Translations under genes and position numbers: made by a program
The notes under the pieces: model-generated
Database searches by the model: none
Told to the model about the DNA's origin: nothing
Seen by the model: the letters and a program-made list of their open reading frames with translations, nothing else
Shown: positions 12,821 through 26,295 of the stretch, in pieces
Numbering within the stretch: the first letter of the stretch is position 1
Layout of the letters: every line of letters begins with the position of its first letter
NCBI GenBank assembly: GCA_965235115.1
Contig: OZ249436.1
Coordinates: 28,336,001 to 28,400,000, forward strand
DNA: 64,000 nt
Direction of reading: 5' to 3'
Source of the DNA: Laetmonice hystrix
Taxonomy: Eukaryota

Positions 12821-15592
12821 GTATCCGGTTTATAAGTATATGTATGAGTCCAGTAGTAGAAGGCGACACTGAATTCTCCTATAACACGTCCACAACCGAG
12901 CGCTCCATCATGGCTACATGATCAGCGTGTATTAGGCTTGTCTAGCGTGTCTTGTCACCATAGTAATGTTGCACAGTTGGTTGTCGGTGGCAAAACCGAT
13001 GTGTGGCATGCAGCCCGGCCCGGCGTGGGTGCAACTCAGCCTGGCCGGCTAATAGGAACGTAAGCGAGCACTCGGCACAGCATTCTACCTCTTCAAGCCC
13101 TCAGCCTATCTCTGATTGGCTAACAGTGACGTTGGGCTTATCTTCATATCAGCGTTGGCATAATGACAAAGTGAACATTGAGCCATTAATCAATATGCAA
13201 GTTTTTTCCCCCGCTGATCAATGTTACTATTAAGCCAGTCCAACAGGAGGAAGCCAGAAAAATAAACAACCTAGAATACCAATCACATCAAATTGTTGCT
13301 GATAATGAAGCCATCCTCGGAACAATGTCATTGTCCTGCTATAATGTCGCCTCTGGTTAGTACTGAACTCGGACCGGGCAATGGTGTAGACTCTAGGCCA
13401 TATATAATATGCAGCTTTTGGTATTAAAGAGAAAAAGGATCTTCACTGTTTTATGAATAAAAGCCGTATAGTTATCAGGTGCTCCTGCCGCCCCAAATGT
13501 CCATGCCAGAATTATGATGGCACATTCTTCAACTGTTGGCAGGGGACAACAAAAATAGCTTATTACGCCAGTATTAAAGGATGGTCCATAACGTCTCAGC
13601 CGGCGTTATTGGTCGCACATTGGAGAAAATCAATCTAATATCAAGAAGACGAACCCTGCGTCTTCAGGCTTGTAAAGTCTTTACCTAACAAAAAACATTA
13701 TCGGGAGGTGATTCACCTAGTCTGCTTGCCAGATTCATTGACGTCATCTTCACCTGGAGGTAGGCCTAATTGAAGGTGCGCAATGTGAGCCAGAGGGAGT
13801 ATTCATTACAAAATGTCCCTGCTTGGCAGGGCAGCAGAGATGTGCTAATTTAACACAGGCGTTGGCCATTTGACCCTGGCAGATAGTCGGGGAACTCAAA
13901 GGTCGTTAGCATGCACTGCAGGCGTTGAAGAAGGGCGGCACTCTGCCATGGGGCCAGGAGAACCATCTTGATTGTCCAGCCAGGAAGATGGTCCGTCAGT
14001 AGATCTATAGTATGATTACAAATCGGAACGTTTATAAACTGTCTGATTTTTTAACGAAATGATATTGATAACTTTTCATGCGAATTCTTAAGCAGACCTT
14101 CAGTTGCGCTCCAAACCAAATCTCCGAAGTCCTTTATTGGGTTCCGTGCATGGCTAATAGTGTCAGCTGTCCCTCGCCTTTGTCCCGACATTTCTTCATC
14201 AATATAGCATAAATCTGCGTTTATGCGGGAGGCAGAAAGCGGAATGCGGTATAGGCCTAGTCGGCTGATCGCTCCAACTTCTAACCGGGTTTCCCTTATC
14301 CGTTTTATATGCACACGGTATGGGGAACGCGGTATGGCTGATCGCTCCATGTAGCGTTCTATACTGGACGGTCAAGATGCCACGTGGTAAAAACGCTGAG
14401 CGAGGAAGTGATAGAAAAATTAGTAGAAATCATCGAAATCAGAGTAGTCACGACCGACCGGCCCTAAATGTGAAACTTCAAGAAGACAGCCTTCATCAGA
14501 GTTTTGTTTTATTACTCTCCTCCAATATAAGATTCAAGAAAATATGTATTAGTTACACCTACAGCTCTAAAGCACCGCTAATTCAGATGGCGTTGTTCTG
14601 AACATACAGATTCCTCCGACCCCACCCTGACTGGGAGTACCGGGGAGTCTACACGAGCGGACCTTATCGGCAATACTTACATAACTCGCTGCCGACCCCG
14701 GCCAGAGCCTGGCGGCGACCTCACAGTGGGCAGTCTGTGTATACAGAGACTGCAACCATCATAGTGACAAACATTTTATTGTGAAGACTATACCCATGAA
14801 AACTTATGATTGTGGCTATATTGCCTTTCGAGAAAAAAATTAAACAATCAGTGGTATACCTGATTCTATGCACTTTATAACAGACGTAGGCCTACTTGCA
14901 TATGATTATGTGTGACACGTTTCAAGATACAGCCCGTCAAAGTTCGGTTACATAAATCATCATAACTAAAAGAATTATGGATAAATTTATGAAAAAACAT
15001 CATGCAAATTGATTAATCTTCAATCGCGACACCAATCTAATGACCAAATACACGATTCCTATCTCATTGAAACATTTTAGCAAAAAGTCTCAAAAGTGAC
15101 AAATTTCAAAGTCACGCGACTCTCATAATATAATGTCATATTCCGACTTTCAAAACGTTCATATAAAGAGCACCCTTATGAAACTCTTCAGGCGTTATAT
15201 TTCTAAATATCTAGGGAGAAGAATCAATTATGCTGTTTACCATCTTTGACCTAGATCTTCAAAAGGTCAAAGTTCAGAGGTCAAATTCAGGTACATGGTG
15301 ATTAAGGCCTCAGTACCTAATTAGAAAGTGTCATCGAGCTTGTTCCTACTCTTCTAGAAACTCAAGAAATTAGCCTTCTTTTGAGAAATTTTAACACGTC
15401 ATCAGTCAGTGACGTTACGTCACATGACGTAGTGAATCAGTAACTGATCAGTTTAGGTCATGATCTACATTCCTGCAACTTTCATGAAAATACCTTCATA
15501 GATAACCGAGATACGGTCATAGTCTAATTACACCAATAATATAGTAGTAGAAGACGAAGAATGAAAAAGAAGAAGGGAAAAAATGGCCCATA

Positions 15593-16211
15593 GGGGAAGG
15601 TGGGGTAAAATGGCCTATGCGGGTCATATGGCCCACCCCATTATCTGAGCTGTTAGCTGCTGCCATCTAGCGTTGACTATATGTACTGTTAGTCTATGTG
15701 ATGTACGTCTTGGAACAAGACATGCAGACGACGCCAGTTCATCCAGTGCCCGACAGATGATCAAAGTCAAAAAGTGACGTCTCTGACCTAAGATAGGCCT
15801 AAGTATGGCAGACTAGATGTCATCACTTGTAATCAAGACAGCCTGGAGTGATTGTACCCATTGATAAGTCAGTTAGTGAACTAATTTATAGGATAAAAGA
15901 ATCCAACTCTCTCATGCGTACCTCTTGTATGACATTGACAGAACATGTGAGTTGGCAGGTGGGGCAATATTAATTTTACCCCATATAGGTGGGCCATTTT
16001 GTACAACCCATTGGACAAAATGGCCCACTTTGGCAAAATATTTCTTGGCAGATTTTCCTGGAAATGGCTTGTAGGATTCATGTTCACTTCATCTATGTTG
16101 CTGCTGATAAGGTCATGTTTCAATTGCATATAGTCAGCTCCTCTTTGTAGTGCATTAACTTATGTAAAAATGACCCTGAAGCCTAAGGTGGCCATTTTAC
16201 CCCACCATCCC
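15593..16211. mobile_element. TA-flanked pogo/Tc1-like MITE with GG...CC termini
   Basis: Ends read TA|GGGGAAGGTGGGGTAAAATGGCC ... GGCCATTTTACCCCACCATCCC|TA. AAAATGGCCCAC motifs repeat internally. Confidence 0.8.
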
Positions 16212-17610
16212 TACATGATCAATATACATGTAATTGGAACATTATTGAAGCAATATTATTGATGACATTTATGATGGCCACCAACGACACAATAATATTG
16301 CGCAGGCGTCAATAAATATCTAACGAGGTTTGTTTCTATCAGAATATTGTCCATATCCAGTATTGACAATATTATTGTCAATTATATTGACCCCTTTGGG
16401 GGGGATAATGAAATCCATACTGAAGCACTAGAACTTACGGTGACCCTCCAGTTCCCGGCAGGTATAGTTTTTGCCCCAGTCTAGCCTATATCACGACCTT
16501 ATCTCTTTTTTTCATTTCTCATTCTGTTCCTCCCCCAGTCTCCCTCTCCACAGTTCCAGACACCAGGTAGTGACCACATTTGGCACAACACCCACATTCT
16601 AAGCTACCGTGAGACATTGTTGGCTCATAACCACCAACATAGACGTGTTCCTGTTCAGTGTTGGCAAGCATTCAGTATGCAGAACCTGAAGGTTATACGA
16701 TGTATTCGGCTATGTGCAATATTCCTTTTCCTTTTACGGGCAGATCCAGGAATCTTTTCTTTTTTTTGGGGGGGGGGGGGGGGGCTACCCATCAGGCCGG
16801 ACCTCGAGATGGGGCTCTCTCCATGCCCTTTCTGCACCCGCCATTGCATTTCCATTCATTGCCTCTCCTGTTCCGTTTGTCATCAGTGGATTTGCTGCCC
16901 TCTCGTGGCAATACGGCGAGTTCCAATAACGGGCATCCAACCTCCAGTCAGTTGCCAAATCGGTATTACTTTCACTTTATCTGTGTATTTAATTATACCA
17001 TAACCGCATTTACATTAAATATGGAAGAAGTTAATTATAGCTATTTTATTCATAGGGATGAGTCCGTGCTGCAATGTCATACAAATGGTGCTCTCTTTAT
17101 TGGCATGTTTTTATACTGAAATAAGCTCAAAGCAAACTGGTCATTAAAAATATTGTCCATGCCTGGACCCCCCCCCCCCCTAGAATATTTCCTGGCGGAC
17201 GCCCATGATTCCACGCTTACTACGTGCACGAGGATCGAATGCCTTATACGTTGACCGTTTTTTGTTCCTGGGCCTTGGCCCATATAAAATGTGTTGCATG
17301 CTGTCGGCCTCTTTTTCAATGAAACTTTACATTTTTTAATATGTATACACTCAGCTCTATTCAAAAAGTTAGGTAAATAGTCTTTTGAAAGGTAGGAAAG
17401 TCTGGAAAGACTCTAATACGGAATTTTAGACGCATTTTCCGTAATAAAACAGCAGCAAACTGTTTATAAAAGGACAACACTTACGAGGTTCCCCAGCTGT
17501 TTAGAGCTGTAGTTATCCTGACCTCAATGCATGATCGACGCAACACAATGTCCACCAAATAAAATAGTTGTACAACCAACCACCATCAACAACTCTACTT
17601 GCTCTGATAA

Positions 17611-20184
17611 TCAGCGTAATGTTTCTCGTCTAAGCTTCTTCTCAATGTTTCCATAAGCTGTCATGTTGTATACTATCTGAGCAATAACACAGAGAAAACA
17701 GCAGAATAAATAATGGTTATTAAATCAAACGGATAATCAACGAACCTTGACAGGTAAATGAAACAAGAAACTATTTCTATACAAAAGCCAGCAAGGCTCA
17801 CAAAGGAGGACGACACTACCCTCGATTAAACAATCACCACTCTTTAAAAAAAAATCACTATCAGGAGAAGGAAGGAGACCGTCATGTAGCGCCGAGTCGA
17901 GGAGAGCCTCAAGATAAAACCACCACTACAAAAGATACCTTGGGTATTACATTACAAAGGTTCCCTTATCTGTGAACAGGAGCTGATACGATACGGTCAA
18001 TATCTCCCTCTGTCTGCACCCACACACCGCACATCTATCCCCTGTTCTCTGGCGGACTGATGCCCTATATATCCACCCGGATTACCACTAAAGCAGCTTC
18101 GGCAATAATGTAATGATATTAGGCCTCTCTATCAATAACGCTGGTTTGGATTAATTCTTATATATATTTAATTAAAAGGAGGCGTAAGCCAGATGAAAAT
18201 TTGTAATGCATCCACACATGCACGCAACAGTGCGCACTTGATACAAACTTGATACCAGATCGTAAATAGGTCTACTATCACTCGATACAAACTTGACACC
18301 AGATCCTACATAGGCCTACTATCACTCGATACAAAATTGATACCAGATCCTACATAGGTCTACTATCACTCGATACAAAATTGATACCAGATCCTACATA
18401 GGCCTACTATCACTCGATACAAAATTGATACCAGATCCTACATAGGTCTACTATCACTCGATACAAAATTGATACCAGATCCTACATAGGCCTACTATCA
18501 CTCGATACAAAATTGATACCAGATCCTACATAGGTCTACTATCACTCGATACAAAATTGATACCAGATCCTACATAGGTCTACTATCACTTGATACAAAA
18601 TTGATACCAGATCCTACATAGGTCTACTATCACTTGATACAAAATTGATACCAGATACTACATAGGTCTACTATCACTCGATACAAAATTGATACCAGAT
18701 CCTACATAGGTCTACTATCACTTGATAGGTCTACTGTCAGATGCTACCCATTACATGGGTGAAAGTCATTCAGTTATTTGTATTAATGAAAAAATGATAC
18801 ATTCTTGAACTCCATCATGATTGAAACAATTTATCAATATTGGAATGTATGAATAAAGGTGCGAATCCAAGACGGTGATTGTCCTTGCGACGTCCAATTA
18901 TCACCATTGTATTATTCAATTGATGTGACTTTGTAGAAACAGGAAAGGGCAGCCAAAGATTATTCATATTATCCAATAAAAATGTATTGCCAGTAGGTAA
19001 AATTGTATAGGCCTAGAATTGATTATTCGGCAATGACCATGTTCGGTAGTGCAATGCGATTCGACTGTCCATGTATACTCGAGGAGAAAAAACGAAATGT
19101 GTGCCATAAATGTGTGTGATAAAATCTCTTCCGAAAATCTACAAATATATATGTCAGCATTTTCTTCACCTTAGATCCCCGGACAGATTGGTGGCAATTT
19201 GGTGATCATAGTATGTAAAGCAGACGGATTAATCATGACCTTTTTTTCGTGCTAACTCCAAAGTTATACAAGACTGTGAGTGCTGGCCCCTATTGGCCTG
19301 GTGTCGTCAGACTGCCCTCTGGTGGACTTACTCGGAACTACAAGTGCTCGTTCCAGTGGATAGTTCCAGCGTCCGATCCTCGAGCTGTTTTTGACTCGTA
19401 GAGCTACAGTGTTCGATAACTCATTTGGTGATAAATAAAGCTAATAAATTAGTGTCTTATGTTTTGTTAAATAATTGGAGAAAAGCTTGTTCCACACTGA
19501 TTAATTCGCCTGATCAAGCGTAAGGACTGATCATGATAGAATTAGTTACGTAGGCGCTAACAATTGTCCAATTAGATAACTAGGGGAAACATCTCAATTT
19601 CGAACGTATATTATTCTTATATCTTCTTCTTTCATCTTTAAATTTTAAAATAATCCTGAACATTTTAAGATTACACATAGGTAAATAAATGTGCATCAAA
19701 ATGCATGCGTCAAAAACATCTTTTGAAGCAGGCAATGAGTCCTATCCTAGTTTCGAGCCACCTCACCTGAGGTCTATTATGGGAATAACGGCAGCTGTAG
19801 GTCTAAACGGAAAAGCGTGTAGCAAAATAGAACACCCGCCACCTAAAAATAAGGCCTGGCCCACAATCGTGGAAAAGATATACTTTTTATCATTGACAGA
19901 ACCACCCATGGCCACCCTGCTGAAAAGAACGAATATTTTTCTCACTATAGCGTATGCCTATGTTTCCCCAACACACCCGATCTTAAAGCTGGGTTAACAA
20001 GCATAAAGATAGCCTGAAAAAAAGATACCAATCGAAAGTAATTCTCCCTGATCTAAATCTCTACCTTGGGGAATGATCCATAAGTGTTGGTGTCATCCTC
20101 TCCCGGGGCAGAATCCGTGCCTTCGAGGTGTTCTTCTTCAACGGCATCAAGACTGCCACGGACGCGTGCTCTTTCAGTCTCCAT
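17611..20184 (-). CDS. Candidate small three-exon protein-coding gene (20184-20065, 19802-19767, 17676-17611; 73 aa), product unknown
   Basis: ATG in GAGATGG context after an upstream in-frame stop. Donors are AAG|GTAGAG and CAG|GTGAGG; acceptors are TTTTCCGTTTAG| and TTTTCTCTGTGTTATTGCTCAG|. All junctions are phase 0. Protein: METERARVRGSLDAVEEEHLEGTDSAPGEDDTNTYGSFPK-TYSCRYSHNRPQ-IVYNMTAYGNIEKKLRRETLR*. Minus-strand AATAAA at 17096-17101 and 17045-17050. Confidence 0.5.
18238..18735. repeat. 44-bp minisatellite (TCGATACAAAATTGATACCAGATCCTACATAGGTCTACTATCAC), ~11 copies
   Basis: Near-identical units with period 44 (e.g. 18281 to 18325). Confidence 0.96.
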
Positions 20185-22388
20185 CTCGTAACCCTGACTG
20201 CTGGTTTCAACCAACACTGAGCGGGCTCATTCGATAACTTTGTGAAGGGACCACCACACAGCAAGTGTCTGCCTTCACGTATGTGTCACATTGAAGTATG
20301 TATGTCACTAACGTGCAAGCCAAGTAGGCCTACCGTACCGCTATATGCAGGTGCCAACTACTCACAGCTTACGACTCCGTGACCCTGCCAGGACGTTACG
20401 ACAGAAGTACTTACGTACAATGTGCGAGTCTGATATCGGAGCTAGATGGCCATGTGTGAAATACAAGGTCACATCTCACGCTCATGTCTTGGTGAATTGC
20501 CAGAACTCCGAAGAGACCAAGTCACGGTAAATGAAATGGTGATGTCAGTTAAACCATCACACATACACTGTGACCCGACCAACGCTCCATTATGAGTCGG
20601 CTTGGTCGCCTAGCTACAGATGGTTTTGGCTATTCTGATTTCAAATAATTATAGGCATATCGCGGCTTTTTTGACCTGGGCCACGCTTGATTGGTTGAAA
20701 CAAAAGCAGTGCAATATACAGCACGTGCCGCAGTGTATGCCAAGAAATATACACTTCCTTGATGACACTGGGCACGGCTTAATTACGAGATATTCAGCGT
20801 ATCGCTAACCTGGCAACAAGGTGACCTGGTTCAGTACATTGTAACATGATTGCAACACGGCCAGAGTGCCTGACCTTACGCCAATATTCCAGTGGCGGAC
20901 TGGGGGGGGGGGGTTACTGGAGTTGGACTGGGGTTACAAAACATTCCATGGGAGTCCGAACTGGAGGAGGTCCGTGTGTGGCAGAAAGTTCAGTTGTCCC
21001 TGCCTATAGAAACGTTGCCAAGGATTAACAGACCTGGAGGAATAAGATTGAATCTTGTCACACTGGTCAGTGTATTTACTGCAAGGACCACAAGACCAGA
21101 AAGAGCACTTTATAGTTTATGGTATAGCCAATTCAGACTTTCTTAATTAAAGGAAAGCCACTGGGAATTCTACCAGTGGAACAGGTAAGATATAACTGTG
21201 ATTTTGTTACCCCGCATATCAACATTCCTGCTGCCCCTACCTTACAAGTAACATATCTCGTAAGAATGGGCCTTAAGACCTTGTACCTTGATACCAAAGA
21301 CCTGATTGGCCTTCACAATTCCAACAAAGGATTTCCTACAGGCCGTAGACGTACAGGTCACCGGTTATTATACCCAACGTACTAACATGATTATACATTT
21401 GTACTCATGACACTTGGTCAAATGTCCAAACTGTTAATGAGTGATCACGCCCTGTCCGAAGGCATCAACAGATTATGTAACATTTGTTACTGTAAGATGA
21501 CACGTTTTTCTATGGGGATGTATCTGCCACTGTCGCCGAGGTGTGGTACCTAAGTAAGCAAATGTTCAATGTTTGTTGATAACAGCTTTCAGCCATTCGA
21601 GTTTGGGTTTTCACGCGCTGGCATTTCCAAGCTCAACAGACGGAACCGTAGGAGTCCCAAAACACTCTCCAGCCTCAAAACACTTTTCGGCTTGTAGCCT
21701 TCGTTGTAAATTTCAGGAACGCGTATGGTGGATTGATATAGACCTACTATCTGCCTAACTGACGTCCACAGTTCTCCAATTGTGTAAGATTACAAATTGT
21801 TTTAGGTTAGCAAGAGAACTGAAAACCACGCATTAAGATTTACCACCGTTTCCATGCATTCGTTGAAACACAGTGGCGGATCTAGGGGGGCACAGGCCAT
21901 AATGATATTTTTTCCAGAGAATGTGGTCAGCTAGACCTACGTAACGGTTAGTTGCATACTATTCTAAGTACACGGGTTTCCGCACAAGAGCCTGGACAGG
22001 CAATTTTCCCCTTTCTTGGGGAATGACCCATATAGTTTTCCTTCAACTGGGTTATGAGGATTCCTGATTGACCCCTTCCTGGGATGTGGGAACATTTCCG
22101 GGTTACGGGAACTTTTCAATGTCCCCATAAACCACGTGGGGTTCATTGTAAAGCCGATGGTGGCATTTAATGCAGATTTAGCATTAATCACGCCGTTTCT
22201 AAACCCCAATTTTAAAGCAGTATTCCGACAACCCGTGAAGTTCCCAACACCAAAGGAGCTATGGTTACCACATACAATGAAAATCAATGGGGGCCCCATA
22301 ACCCAATTGTATATAACTTTATACAGTTATATTATAAATGCCCCATAAACCAGGTAAAGTATATATCGACCCTATAAATATTAACATC

Positions 22389-22667
22389 CGTGGCGTCAGA
22401 GTAGGAGGCCGCAGGGGGAACCCCCCACCCCACCCCACTTTTTCACCTTTTTTGGCTTGCTAGTCAGATTTCTGGAGGGTAATACTGGGCCAGTTCAGTC
22501 TCCTGATCCCTTCCCCCTCCAACTTTTTCATATACGTAAGACTGCAGTAAAGGAAAAGAATAAAAAAAAGTCTGGAGTTTCAATCAAGTGATCAGCCCCC
22601 TGCAAACATCACAATAAAATTTCAGGATCCCCCCTACACTTTGTTTCAAAAGAAACTGACGCCCCTG
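22389..22667. mobile_element. hAT-like MITE of the CAG(T/G)GGCG family
   Basis: Ends are C.GTGGCGTCAG ... CTGACGCCCCTG with poly-G/poly-C tracts. Related fragments lie near 3160, 6705-6985, 16738-16845, 21872, 41970-42082, 62608 and 63160-63417. Confidence 0.55.
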
Positions 22668-23304
22668 TACTTGAGAATTACAACATTATGTAATAGTAGG
22701 CTACCTGGAGGCTACTGCAGTGTTTCTGGTATCCATGTAACGTGTGCCAGTTTATAACGACAGTAAGTAGGGCCCTGACTATGGCAAACAGGCACATGAG
22801 ATCGCCTCTGATGGGGTAAATATTAAACTAGGTGGCCTAGTTCCAAAGCTCGCACCGATGTATACCTTAAAAAAAGACAACCTTGACCTATTTCTCTGAT
22901 GGCATGACGAGGCTCGGCCTTCAGTCATACCATTCCGGAATCCCCAGGCTACTCAGTCGAGAATGCAGGGAAAACTTGTGATCTGTTTGAATTTTGGGGG
23001 TGATGAGAGCACTTATGTGTTTCAAAGGGGGTTCCCTTTTCATTTACACGAGTAATAATTTGTAATAATTATGTTCCAACCAACCCGGCCTACTATTCCA
23101 ATGTCACCAGACCCAGCGGCTGGCATGGCAGCCCATTTTCACTAGCGTATTTATTGAAGGTTCTTGTTGAGATTCTGAAGATGGTGACCTGCTCAGTTCC
23201 ACTATACAACCATGTATGTAAATATTTCTTTCAATATTACTTCCTCTTCCTGCTACCCCAAAGTTGCGGCTGCTTGGTGCGCAGCACATAAAAATCTGCG
23301 CACC

Positions 23305-23420
23305 AGCCTCATTCACAAAGGACACGCAAGACTTACGGACTCGCAAACTATTATTAAACAACCGGACAACAATAGTTTGCGAGTCCGCAAGTCTTGCGTG
23401 TGCTTTGTGAATAAGGCCCC
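23305..23420. mobile_element. Palindromic mini-MITE (Harbinger-like)
   Basis: GCCTCATTCACAAAG.ACACGCAAGACTT.CGGACTCGCAAACTATT pairs with AATAGTTTGCGAGTCCGCAAGTCTTGCGTGTGCTTTGTGAATAAGGC. Confidence 0.75.
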
Positions 23421-23429
23421 AGAACTATC

Positions 23430-24015
23430 GGTATCATCCCGCTAGCCCCCCGCCCGCTAGCCCCCCGTTTAGACAGGGCCGAAGGTGTGAGAAATCTGTG
23501 CCGCTAGCTCCCCGCTCGGCTGTTCCACTATCAGGCACTACCCCCTTATGAGATTTGGGGTGGTCAGCGGTCAGGGATGGTAAGGGCAAAGAACTTGCAT
23601 TGTAATGTATAGTTCTTTGTTAAGGGATAACTAAAAGGCAAGCGACAAATAATTAGGTGGTGTTACTAGATATATAAATGACTGATTACGGGTGTTACGG
23701 GACTGAATCTGTATTATGGTGTTAGTTAGAATCACAGTTATACACTCAACCACTGCCTAACTGGTGCAATCGGGAGTCAATACCTTTTCTTTCTTTTGGG
23801 GGCTGGCTGACCTGCCTGCATCGGCAGCATATGAACCGCCAAGTCCCGCCGTTGACCCCCCCCCCCACCAACTCCGTCCACGCCTCAGTGGTGGGGGGGG
23901 GGGGTAGTGTCAGGGAGTAGAACAGCCGAGCGGGGGGCTACCGGCACAGATTTCCCACACCTTCGGCCTTGTCTAAACGGGGGGCTAGCGGGCGGGGGGC
24001 TAGCGGGGGTAATCC
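23430..24015. mobile_element. MITE with ~100-bp TIRs, GG termini and an 8-bp TSD (GAACTATC); Mutator/Merlin-like
   Basis: GAACTATC occurs at 23422-23429 and 24016-24023. The arm CGCTAGCCCCCCGCCCGCTAGCCCCCCGTTTAGACA.GGCCGAAGGTGTG.GAAATCTGTGCCG has its reverse complement at the other end. Confidence 0.85.
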
Positions 24016-24980
24016 GAACTATCAACCCTAGCACATTATCAATTATTTTACAAGAAAGGGGGTGAGAGTAGGCGGCAGAGGTGTTGTGAAACAGACTTTC
24101 AAGTATAATTTGTTCAAATTAAAGTCAAATCTGCCAGACTTTGCCCCATAGGGACTGTCTCCGTTTCGCTTTGACTTTCATGGGTTACTAGGGCATCCAA
24201 ATCAAAGATGCGTCACTTAGGCCAGGTTCCTAAATCAATCTGTCGCTTCTTTGTCGCATTTGAGTTGTTGTCGCTCCAATATGCCACATAGCGACAAATG
24301 GACAGCCCTGACCTGAGCCCTGACCTAAGCCGTTAAAGCGGTTATCATAAACAGAATAGTAGGTTTTGTCCAAACGGACGTCTTGTGGACTTAACACCAC
24401 TGCTGCGAGCTAAAGTCACCTTGTCCTAAAATAGGAGTTATAACCTACATTATAGTGTAATGGTCCAGACGAAAGGTAACATTATGTGTGGATCTTTATC
24501 CTAAAGGACTTTAACCGACACATTTATCAGAGCGCCAACAACCTAAGTATCTGATATAACAAACTGTGAAAACTTGTTTGACCTTGTCATCGGGTCAGTT
24601 AAAAACAATGTCAACGACATCATAGACACATATAATACGGCATACACATAGCGACCCTTACGGCACCAACAGTCCAGGTATCAATTATCTGGCACTGATT
24701 ATCTCAGTTGCTCACCTAAACTTGGAGAACCGCAAGATTGTAAATGTTGCCTGCACAATTCGCTCATTCATAAGGCCAGATATAACTTTTTTTCGATTCG
24801 TGTACGTCAGAAGGCTCTCTTAAGGCGGCAAATTTAAGTATTGATCGTATGGTGGGCTATTCCTCTGTAATCTGAAGAAATATGCTTATTAAATAAGGGT
24901 TTACATGTAGTTTGAAAGCCGAGAAGCTTATCGTTCGAAGTAGTTTTAGGCCTAGGGGCCTCCTAAAAGAGTAACCAATG

Positions 24981-26295
24981 CAGGGGCGCCGCTGCCTATT
25001 TCAAAGTGGGGGGGGGACAATCTTGGTGTGTTTGACCTTTTCCCCCAAGGGGCGGATCCAGGATTTTCTTTGCGGGGGGGGGGGGGGGGGGCAGGTGCTA
25101 CGCGCCGAAAGGGCGGGGGGCTCCGACTTTGGGAATACATGTATAAAAATCCATCGGTGCTATTTCCAGGCTTCTCAGCATCAAACTAAAGAGCTTTCGG
25201 TGCCGACCTTTTGCTCAAGATTAATCAGTGAGGGAGTCATCAGGGGGCTTGTCCCCCCTTAGATCTTCCTTTTTTTGTATGAAGATGTATTAGATTTTCT
25301 ATACTATTAGTACCTACAGTTACAATGAAATCATGCCGAGCGTAGCGAGGCTAAAATTTTTTTTTTAGGTGGGCCCCACCTGGCCCTTGACATCGCAAGA
25401 AACAGTATCAAGCAATATTTATCAGAATCCAAAAAAGTCCTACTTGCCACTTTCTATTCTACCACACTAGGCCTAGTAAAAAATTGGTAAACCTCACTCA
25501 TTATTTGAATACATTCACGCATGAGGTCTTTTTCTTCAAAATCAAATAGGAAGGCCCAACATGGGGGTGAAAAATGTTGCCTAGATTTCCTAGAGCTTAA
25601 CATTGACTAATGGTCTATGAGCTAAACAAGAGACGGTACAGGGGCAGATCTAGCTTTTTCAAGTAGGGGGGCCAACGTTTTTAGGGGCGCAACCGGTGTG
25701 ACTGTACGAGCGCCGAAGGCACAAAGCCTTGCTAGGGGGTCCGGGGGCATGCCCCCGAAAAACTTTCAAATTCAAGGTGTAATTTGGTGAAATCTGATGC
25801 ATTTTGGAGCACAAAGCTATTTAAAGACCAATGATGTCAAAAGTCTTATGTAGCCCTACAATGCCGTGAGGCGCCATGAACGACAGGAGGGGCGCCATGA
25901 AATATATATATTTTAGGGGGGTCAAGACCCTATGTGACCCCCTCCCCTGGATAGGCCAGTGTGGTAGGACTAAGGTACACAGGGAAGCTGCAGGGGATCT
26001 AGGCCGCGGTTAGGCCCATATTAATTATAGAACAGCAAAGCATAGACCTATCTCCTAAACACATGACATAGGCTTAGGCCTGCGAAGGCCAAGATTAAAA
26101 ATGATGAAAATCTATCTTTAATTTGCCTCCCATGGGCAATTCACCTTAAAAAGCTAGGCATAGGGAGTATAAGAAGACCTGTAGATCTATTAGGCCTAGC
26201 TTCAACTTCAAGGAGCCTTTGACCTTTTTAGGTCGCCAGCAAAAGTGGGGGGGGGGGGACATGTCCCCCCGTCCCCCCCGGCAGCGGCGCCCCTG
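24981..26295. mobile_element. hAT-like non-autonomous element with a 5-bp TSD, containing nested MITE fragments
   Basis: Ends read CAATG|CAGGGGCGCCGCTGCC ... GGCAGCGGCGCCCCTG|CAATG. Internal CAGGGGC(A/G)GATC-type heads occur near 25048 and 25639. Confidence 0.8.

Noticed and set aside
21660..21745. DIRS-type methyltransferase motif (YINPPY on the minus strand)
   Set aside because: Short frame bounded by stops, with no other DIRS domains nearby.
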